Under the pieces are notes generated by a model. That model made no database searches. It was not told where the DNA came from and saw only the letters and a program-made list of their open reading frames with translations. The translations under genes were made by a program, and so were the position numbers. A stretch of 64,000 nt of DNA from Myxococcales bacterium (GTDB lineage Bacteria > Myxococcota_A > Polyangia > Polyangiales > GCA-016699535), in assembly GCA_020633325.1 (NCBI GenBank), contig JACKDX010000001.1:178179-242178 (forward strand), written 5' to 3'. Every line of letters starts with the position of its first letter. Position 1 is the stretch's first letter. Positions 9,837 to 16,365 of the stretch are shown piece after piece.

Positions 9837-10946
9837 ATGAAGCAGTATTGGTTACTCAACCCAGGTCCCGTTAATACGACGGCTACGGTGAAACAAGCCG
9901 CACTCGCTGCAGATCTCTGTCATCGTGAACCGGAGTACAGCGCCCTCATGACCGAGGTGCGCCATAAGCTTTTGGAAGCCACCGGCATTGGCACCAAGGG
10001 CTATCAGACGGCCCTCATTGCGGGATCTGGCACCGCGGCGCTCGAGCTGTCCATCGCTTCCATTGTGCGGCCTCAACGCAAGCTTCTCGTGCTCAACAAT
10101 GGCGTCTATGGAGCACGACTCCTAAAAATGGCCCAAGCGCATGGCATCGATTGTAGAGATATCACCTCTCCCTGGCATCAGCCCCCCAGCGTCGATGCCG
10201 TCGAGCACGTCCTCAGGGAAGACGCCTCGGTTGATGCCGTTGCCTTGGTGCACCATGAAACCACTACGGGGCTCTTAAATCCCGTCGAGGCCATTGGAAG
10301 GCTTGCGAGGCGCTACGACAAAGTGTTTTTTCTCGATTCTGTCTCTGGGCTCGGGGGAGAGACTTTGGACATAGACGGATGGGGCGTGGATTTGGTAGCT
10401 GCGACCGCCAACAAATGCTTGCACGGGCTTCCCGGCGTTGCGTTCGTACTCGCCTCTGATCGGGGGCGTGCGCATGTCGCTGAGGTGCCGCCGCGCTCGG
10501 TTTACTTCGATTTACGCAATTATCTCGAGCAACAAGAGGCAGGAGCTGTGCCATTTACGCCATGCATCTCGGGCACATACACGCTTCTTCAGGCGCTCGA
10601 CGAGCTTGAGGCTGAAGGGGGAATCTCTCAGCGCATTGCTACGTACAGAGAGCGCTCAAGCTTGATCCGCCGTGAGTTTCAGGCACTGGGGCTAAGTCTG
10701 TATCTTGATGAAGCGTTGCTCTCAAATAGCATTACAACCTTTAAGCTGCCCAAAGGGCTCAGTTATGTATCGCTCCATGAGCGGCTCAAGCAGGAGGGGT
10801 TTGTCATTTACGCTGGACAGGGCAAGCTCGAGCATGAAGTATTCCGCATCGCTAACATGGGTCATGTGCCCATGGAGATCTATGTCAAGCTCGTAGATGC
10901 TTTACGCCACGTGTTACGCGATATCCAAAGCGTTGCCACCATATAG
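9837..10946 (+). CDS. phnW: class-V aminotransferase, 2-aminoethylphosphonate:pyruvate transaminase (PhnW)-like
   Basis: MKQYWLLNPGPVNTT, GSGTAALE, HHETTTGLLNP, the NKCLHGLPG PLP-lysine region and EGG..R..Y resemble Pseudomonas PhnW. The ORF-track 5' extension (9732-9836) overlaps the upstream gene and was dropped. Confidence 0.7.
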   Translation: MKQYWLLNPGPVNTTATVKQAALAADLCHREPEYSALMTEVRHKLLEATGIGTKGYQTALIAGSGTAALELSIASIVRPQRKLLVLNNGVYGARLLKMAQAHGIDCRDITSPWHQPPSVDAVEHVLREDASVDAVALVHHETTTGLLNPVEAIGRLARRYDKVFFLDSVSGLGGETLDIDGWGVDLVAATANKCLHGLPGVAFVLASDRGRAHVAEVPPRSVYFDLRNYLEQQEAGAVPFTPCISGTYTLLQALDELEAEGGISQRIATYRERSSLIRREFQALGLSLYLDEALLSNSITTFKLPKGLSYVSLHERLKQEGFVIYAGQGKLEHEVFRIANMGHVPMEIYVKLVDALRHVLRDIQSVATI

Positions 10947-11692
10947 AGATTGGCAATGACTACGGCAAACACCCAATAGCCAAGGTAGGCACGAGGCCAT
11001 GCTCCTATGCATAAGGCCGCTATCATCATGAGAAAATGATGGTGGGTGGGACCGACCCACTGCACACGTCGAAAACATAAATATCCCCCTGGGCAGCTCG
11101 AGCCCGTGGAGCGCTGCATCCAACGGACGTAGCTCACCAAAAGCGCGTAGCTCACCCTATCAAAAGCGTTCTTGGGTTCACTGGCGAAAGAGCCCAAGGT
11201 GTTATCGATAGAGCCCCGTTTGAGCCGCTGCTTGAGGTTGTCGACGACAGCGCTGTGCCACATAAAACTCGCGCCCGCAGGAAGAAAGATCACCAGCCAC
11301 TCGAAGGTCTTAGGCGTGTAGCCGAAGACTGAGATGCCGCTGCGGCCGAGGTGCACGACCATGCCAATGAGCACGCTAAATGCCGTCACTCCGTCTGCCA
11401 AGCCGTCAAAGATGCGGCCCCGCCAGTCCCCGCCTCCGTAACGACGCGCAAGCTCGCCATCGACGCAATCAAAGACCATCGCGAAGAAAAACAAACATCC
11501 GCCCAAGACGGGCCAGGGAAGCGGCGCTGCGTAGAACACGCCCGTGATGACGCCGAGGGCAGCCGTAAATAACGTCACTTGGTTGGCGGTGATGCCTCGA
11601 GGCCCGAGCCTTCGCGCGATCCAGCGGCCCAGGGGGCGACAGATGGCGGCATCCAACACCTCATCACGCACCGGCGCTTTCAGTCCGCGCAT
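10880..11692 (-). CDS. CDP-alcohol phosphatidyltransferase family membrane protein
   Basis: DCVDGELARRYGGGDWRGRIFDGLAD fits D-x2-DG-x2-AR-x8-G-x3-D-x3-D. Multi-pass hydrophobic protein. Confidence 0.8.
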   Translation of the reverse strand: MRGLKAPVRDEVLDAAICRPLGRWIARRLGPRGITANQVTLFTAALGVITGVFYAAPLPWPVLGGCLFFFAMVFDCVDGELARRYGGGDWRGRIFDGLADGVTAFSVLIGMVVHLGRSGISVFGYTPKTFEWLVIFLPAGASFMWHSAVVDNLKQRLKRGSIDNTLGSFASEPKNAFDRVSYALLVSYVRWMQRSTGSSCPGGYLCFRRVQWVGPTHHHFLMMIAALCIGAWPRAYLGYWVFAVVIANLYMVATLWISRNTWRKASTSLT

Positions 11693-12432
11693 GCGGCTTC
11701 CTTTTCCAGGGCCGGCGCAATCACCTCGCGCGCTCGAGTTAAGTCCTCTTCAAAGTCAATTTCCGTCCACGAGAAATCGTCGGCGCGCTCAACGCCCACA
11801 TGAACCACTTGGAAAAAGCGGTTAATCGCCGCTTCGTATTCGCTGTCTTTGCCGAACCCGACTTCAGTATCGTCGATGACCGTACGCAATAACGGCACAT
11901 CGTGACGACAGACCTTGAAGAAACCGACAGATTCTCCAATAAGATCATATGACTGAGAGGGATCCAATCTGCGCGCGATGGCTATGGCACGTCCTTTAGA
12001 GACGCCAATCATCATCTCTTCGCCGGTCTCAGAGGAGCGCGTATCGACCAACGCGCAATTGGGATAGCTGCTATCGCGAAGACGCATGAATAGACCGGGA
12101 CCATAGTATACATCGGCATCCATAAAAATGAGATCGTCGTCTCGAAGGGCACCTAGCGCGGACTTAAGCGAAAGCAAAGAGCCATGCCTGTAATCGGGGT
12201 TAAATACCCAGTCGATGGGGCGTGCAAAGGGAAGCTCTAGGACAGCCTTGCGCAGCATCTCAGATTGATGCCCCGTCACTATGGTGATGTGATCGATGCC
12301 TGCATGCTGATACGTACGGAGGTGCCTCTCAAGAAGCGATTCTTCAGCCACTTTTAACAAACACTTGGGAAGCGTTTCGGTGTAAGGAGCCAGGCGTTTT
12401 CCCATGCCGGCCGCCAATAAGACGACCTGCAT
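11680..12432 (-). CDS. LicC/PntC-like nucleotidyltransferase (cytidylyltransferase family)
   Basis: MQVVLLAAGMGKRLAPYTETLPKCLL has the canonical GxGxR. The ATG at 12432 shares one base with the upstream stop (TGATG). Confidence 0.7.
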   Translation of the reverse strand: MQVVLLAAGMGKRLAPYTETLPKCLLKVAEESLLERHLRTYQHAGIDHITIVTGHQSEMLRKAVLELPFARPIDWVFNPDYRHGSLLSLKSALGALRDDDLIFMDADVYYGPGLFMRLRDSSYPNCALVDTRSSETGEEMMIGVSKGRAIAIARRLDPSQSYDLIGESVGFFKVCRHDVPLLRTVIDDTEVGFGKDSEYEAAINRFFQVVHVGVERADDFSWTEIDFEEDLTRAREVIAPALEKEAACAD

Positions 12433-14144
12433 CAGCGCAATGAGGCCCAGACGCGTTTGTAATCGTCGAAGCTCCCGATCTCTGTCCATCCTTTATAGAT
12501 ATCGACCGCATGAACATCGCCGCCCTGATCCACGATGTCCTGTAAGACATCTGTGAGTTTGGCATCCTGAACACGCTCGGCTTCGTGATAGGGTTTTGCT
12601 GCGGGTTTCTTTAGCGCCGAATGCCAAGACTCTCTGAATATGCGGCAACCATGTTCGGTAAGCATCATCATGCCTACAAACTCTCCACTAGCCTTGTCCG
12701 GCTGAATCGAGGTGCCAATTTGCGTCACGCGACTCGGTGCATCAGAAGTGAAAAATCGGTCCGTAGCCTTATCCGCCCTGGGTACATCCAAGCTGACCAA
12801 GTCACGCTTACTATGGTCGGATCGCTCTGTGACCGACCTATCCACTGCGATGGTAATATCAGAGGGTGAGCGCAGTAATTTCTCCAAAACGCTGCGCTCA
12901 AAGAGCACATCTCCATAAAGCACTACCACGCGTTTGCTTAGCTCCTTGTCGGCCTTGAAAAGACTGACGGCCTCGCCCGTGTCTTTATAGTCATCATTGT
13001 CGTAGGTGCGAATATTTGGGACATCAATGCGATCTTTAAGATAACCCCGCACCACCACAATATCTTTAATGCTACAGCTATTGAGGACCTCGATCTGTCG
13101 CTCTAAAAGCGTCTTTCCGCGGATATCCAACATGGCACGGGGCCGATCCTCGATGAGCGTGCCCAGCTCAGCTTCATAGCCGGCATCCAAAATGACTGCA
13201 GTGATCGCGGCGCCATCTGCAGGCAAGTATGCCTTCTCCTCCGCCTTCATGGTGGAGACGCCTATGATTTCATAGACGTCGGTAAGCGGAACGACCATAT
13301 CATCGACGGATCCGGTCGAACCCGCTTTACGCATGGTGCTCAGCGTGTGTCGCATCGCTTTGATGGAGCTTCTGATGGCATGATTCGCACAAATAATGAG
13401 CTTAAAGCCTGCCTCGTGAAGTTGGGCCACGGTTGCAGTCTTGTAGGTAGTCGGCACGCAGACCAACGGTGTGTCGCGATCCCATTGCTTGGCAAAGCTT
13501 AGAATCTCGTCGGGTGTCTCGGACTTGGAGTGAATCAGCACCATGTCGGCGCCCGCATCCGCATAACTGCGCGCACGCTTGAGCGACTCATCCATGCCCC
13601 ATCCAGCGATCAACGCTTCTGTACGCGCAATCACCGCGAAATCTGATGAGCGTCGCGTATCAAGAATGGCGCGGATCTTACCCGCGTGTTCTTCGATCGT
13701 GGCAAGTTCCCGCTTGACGCCCGCGTAGAAAGAACAGCGCTTAGGAAAACTGTTATCTTCGATGCAAACGGCCGCCACTCCGGCCGCTTCGTACTGCCGG
13801 ACCATGTGAATCACGTTGATAGCGTTTCCGTAGCCGTTGTCGCAGTCAGCAATCACTGGGATATCCGTGGCTTCCACCATTTGGCGGGCATATCCGAGGT
13901 TGTCAGCCATGGTGAGAATATTGGCGTCGGGAATGCCGTAGCTTGCGGAGATCTCAAAACCGCTGGCCCAAACCCCGTCGTAGCCTGCCTCTTTGACCAG
14001 TTTGGCCGATAGGCCACTATGGGCGCCCGCGATGACGATTGGTCCGGACGCTTTGAGTAACTGACGAAGCTTCGTTGCACCTTGCATACTACCACCTAGA
14101 TTAGGCCGGCTGGCCGGCCGAAGTTGAGCCAAGGAGGATGACAC
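12432..14144 (-). CDS. PEP-mutase-like (ICL/PEPM superfamily) domain fused to a C-terminal degenerate nucleotidyltransferase domain
   Basis: Aligns along its whole length with Mytilus PEP mutase as recalled (DCDNGYG, IARTEALIAGWG, LIHSK, EKAYLP), but the active-site loop is EDNSFPKRCS. The C-terminal half has an NTP_transferase-like fold starting AVILDAGYEAELG. The likely start is the ATG at 14087, with GGTGG upstream. Confidence 0.7.
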   Translation of the reverse strand: MSSSLAQLRPASRPNLGGSMQGATKLRQLLKASGPIVIAGAHSGLSAKLVKEAGYDGVWASGFEISASYGIPDANILTMADNLGYARQMVEATDIPVIADCDNGYGNAINVIHMVRQYEAAGVAAVCIEDNSFPKRCSFYAGVKRELATIEEHAGKIRAILDTRRSSDFAVIARTEALIAGWGMDESLKRARSYADAGADMVLIHSKSETPDEILSFAKQWDRDTPLVCVPTTYKTATVAQLHEAGFKLIICANHAIRSSIKAMRHTLSTMRKAGSTGSVDDMVVPLTDVYEIIGVSTMKAEEKAYLPADGAAITAVILDAGYEAELGTLIEDRPRAMLDIRGKTLLERQIEVLNSCSIKDIVVVRGYLKDRIDVPNIRTYDNDDYKDTGEAVSLFKADKELSKRVVVLYGDVLFERSVLEKLLRSPSDITIAVDRSVTERSDHSKRDLVSLDVPRADKATDRFFTSDAPSRVTQIGTSIQPDKASGEFVGMMMLTEHGCRIFRESWHSALKKPAAKPYHEAERVQDAKLTDVLQDIVDQGGDVHAVDIYKGWTEIGSFDDYKRVWASLR

Positions 14145-14188
14145 ACCTTTTCGGCGACGTCATCCGAATTTGTAACCCATTATAATTA

Positions 14189-14941
14189 CTAAAGAGTTTT
14201 CACCGCACCCGCTATCAAGCCGCTTTCAATGAAGCCCGGCAGCCGCTCGCACAACCCTGTCACGCGCCCAGCTGATAGAGGCAGCTTCTGTGTTTTAAAC
14301 GCATGCTCGATGCCTTCTTTGGCAGACCAGTCAGGATGCGCCAGCCACACTTCGATCACTTCTCGCTCGAGCGGGTCTAAAGCCACCGTCTCGACCTTTT
14401 GCGTGCGTGCATTCCGAAACACTCCCAACACCCACTGGCATGCGCCATAGCAAGAAGCCTCATCCAGATGATGTACGGCGTGACCGACTTCTAAGACGCG
14501 AAGCGTAGGATTGACATAGGCGGGACGATCGAAAGCAAAGTCTGCTGTCGCTTTTGGAAGGCCAGCTTTTTGATCCGCCACAGACCAACACGTCGCCTCG
14601 TAACGTAAAAGGTCGCGCGCCACGCGCGGCACATCCGCCGCGTCTTTCCATTGTATCTCGAGGTGTTCGGCAAACTCTACTACAACGTCTCGAATGTATC
14701 GGCTGACCGGGCCGGTCTCATGGAGATACCGCGCCATGTGCTCAGAGAATACCGCGGGCCCCAGCACTCGCTCCGTCCTCGGCAGGCCTCGGCGAATCAT
14801 GTCACATAGTCTATGACGTACCATGGCGCGATAAAGCGCCCACGATGACAGGGAAGCAGCGGGCGCATCAGCATGCTCTATGTCTGGATGTTTGGTAAGA
14901 CATAGCTCGGCAATTCGCTTCTGTTGTGAGTCCAAGCTCAT
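14189..14941 (-). CDS. DUF2063-family protein, putative MNIO partner (BufC/HvfC/MbnC-like role)
   Basis: LYRAMVRHRLCDMIRRGLPRTERVLGPAVFSEHMARYL pattern. The start overlaps the MNIO stop (ATGA at 14938-14941). Confidence 0.6.
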   Translation of the reverse strand: MSLDSQQKRIAELCLTKHPDIEHADAPAASLSSWALYRAMVRHRLCDMIRRGLPRTERVLGPAVFSEHMARYLHETGPVSRYIRDVVVEFAEHLEIQWKDAADVPRVARDLLRYEATCWSVADQKAGLPKATADFAFDRPAYVNPTLRVLEVGHAVHHLDEASCYGACQWVLGVFRNARTQKVETVALDPLEREVIEVWLAHPDWSAKEGIEHAFKTQKLPLSAGRVTGLCERLPGFIESGLIAGAVKTL

Positions 14942-15810
14942 AAAGATTTCGTAATTACCGATGCTTCGACCTTAAAAACCGTTGCGTAGATATCCTGAAG
15001 ACGATGAATTTCTTGCACAAGCAGGGAGAACGCAGGAAACTTTTCATCGCGCTCCAAAAGAACGGGCTTCGGCCCAAGACGCCTAAGTGCGTAATCCAAA
15101 AGCGCATAGACAGGCTCTATGATGGGCTCTGCATGGGTATCGATGATGGGACCATTTTTTTGGGTAAGGTGGCCCGCAACATGAAGCTGGGCCACGCGGT
15201 GTTTTGGAATACGGTCAATGTAGGCATACGGATCAAAGCCATGATTGACGCTGTTAACATACACGTTATTAACATCCAACAGTATCAATGCATCAGCTCT
15301 ATCGACGACCTGTAAAAGAAACTCGACTTCGGACATCGTGGGCGGACTCAAGTTGGCGTAATAGCTGACATTCTCGATAGCGATCGGACATTCTACGGCG
15401 TCCCTTAACTCTCGAACGCGGGCTACAGCGGTGAGTATCGCATCTTCAGTAAAAGGTAACGGCAACAGCTCATGCAATATGCGGCCATTGGCTTCCGTAA
15501 AGCATAAGTGCTCGCTATGCCAAGGCGCGCGAATGTCGCGGGCCAAAAACTGGCGCAGTTGCGCAGTGTACCTGGGATCAAAGCGCTGGCTATTTCCGAG
15601 CCCCAAGGTCAAGCCATGGGTCAAAAGGGGCCAACGCGCGAGCGCGTGCTCCAAGATGTTGGCGTAGCGTCCACCGCGCTCTAGGTAATTCTCCGGATGA
15701 ATTTCCAGAAACTTCAGGCCATCGGGCGGAGCATCAAACAAATCGTTCGCTAGCGGATAGCGAAGCCCCAGCCCTATCCCGTTAAGGCGTTCGTTTCGAG
15801 GAGCCGCCAT
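14938..15810 (-). CDS. DUF692 / multinuclear non-heme iron oxidase (MNIO, MbnB/BufB-like) family protein
   Basis: GIGLGLRYPL...FLEIHPENY, THGL, WHSEHLCF, IENVS, LLDVNNVY, LHVAGH, IDTH and LERD. Confidence 0.75.
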   Translation of the reverse strand: MAAPRNERLNGIGLGLRYPLANDLFDAPPDGLKFLEIHPENYLERGGRYANILEHALARWPLLTHGLTLGLGNSQRFDPRYTAQLRQFLARDIRAPWHSEHLCFTEANGRILHELLPLPFTEDAILTAVARVRELRDAVECPIAIENVSYYANLSPPTMSEVEFLLQVVDRADALILLDVNNVYVNSVNHGFDPYAYIDRIPKHRVAQLHVAGHLTQKNGPIIDTHAEPIIEPVYALLDYALRRLGPKPVLLERDEKFPAFSLLVQEIHRLQDIYATVFKVEASVITKSL

Positions 15811-15834
15811 AGATTTGCCTGCGGGTTAAACTGA

Positions 15835-15869
15835 TACATCCGTGCCCGCGCGCGGCGGATACGGATGTA
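15835..15869 (-). promoter_or_regulatory. intercistronic stem-loop between the precursor ORF and the MNIO gene
   Basis: Perfect 9-bp inverted repeat TACATCCGT / ACGGATGTA flanks a GC-only core containing the palindrome CCGCGCGCGG. It lies about 25 nt after the precursor stop codon. Confidence 0.4.
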
Positions 15870-15893
15870 CCTGACCGAGCATGATACAAAAAC

Positions 15894-16136
15894 CTACTGA
15901 GCTTCTTCAGCTGCCGGCGCCTCACCCTCGTTCATCGCGCCACAAGAACCAGCTCCGCAGGAGCCTTCTGCTGCGCCTTCTTCCATGGCAGCACCCTGAG
16001 CGCCCGGAGCGGGGGTCGCTTCCGCACCAGTGGTTGTTTCAGTCGATGCGGCGTCGTCAGCACTGTCGCCACAACCAATCCCCGCTAGGCCGAATGCCGC
16101 GGTTGCCATCACGATAAGCTTGTTCTTCATATCCAT
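15894..16136 (-). CDS. 80-aa putative RiPP precursor with signal/lipobox peptide and EGSCGAGSCGA core
   Basis: GGAGG lies 9 nt upstream of the ATG at 16136. Sequence: MDMKNKLIVMATAAFGLAGIGC|GDSADD...EGSCGAGSCGAMNEGEAPAAEEAQ. It sits directly upstream of the MNIO gene on the same strand. Confidence 0.6.
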   Translation of the reverse strand: MDMKNKLIVMATAAFGLAGIGCGDSADDAASTETTTGAEATPAPGAQGAAMEEGAAEGSCGAGSCGAMNEGEAPAAEEAQ

Positions 16137-16259
16137 GTTTCCTAACCTCCAGTATATGTTTCCAATGTGAGTGACGATCTCCGATCGCCTCGTCCTCATA
16201 TGCCGGAACATCGTGATCCGTCGGATGTGGAACGATCGGTGCAGATTAGAACGAAGCGC

Positions 16260-16357
16260 TGGCAAACATCAAGTTGCCATGGACCTTCCTAATTAACCAC
16301 AGAGCCGCCGTCACATGGACATGTCAGATCTGGCAAGTTTTTCTACAAAATTTGCCA
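16260..16357. promoter_or_regulatory. two palindromes sharing TGGCAA/TTGCCA half-sites
   Basis: TGGCAA-N8-TTGCCA at 16260-16279. TGGCAA-N15-TTGCCA at 16331-16357, which extends to an 11-bp hairpin with one G:T pair. Both lie in the 230-nt gap between the amidase and the precursor. Confidence 0.3.
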
Positions 16358-16365
16358 AAGATGGC

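Noticed and set aside
16260-16279. TGGCAA-N8-TTGCCA considered as a sigma-54 (-24 GG / -12 GC) promoter.
   Set aside because: The GG-to-GC spacing is 14 nt rather than the 11 nt of the TGGCAC-N5-TTGC consensus. It is better described as a palindromic operator candidate.
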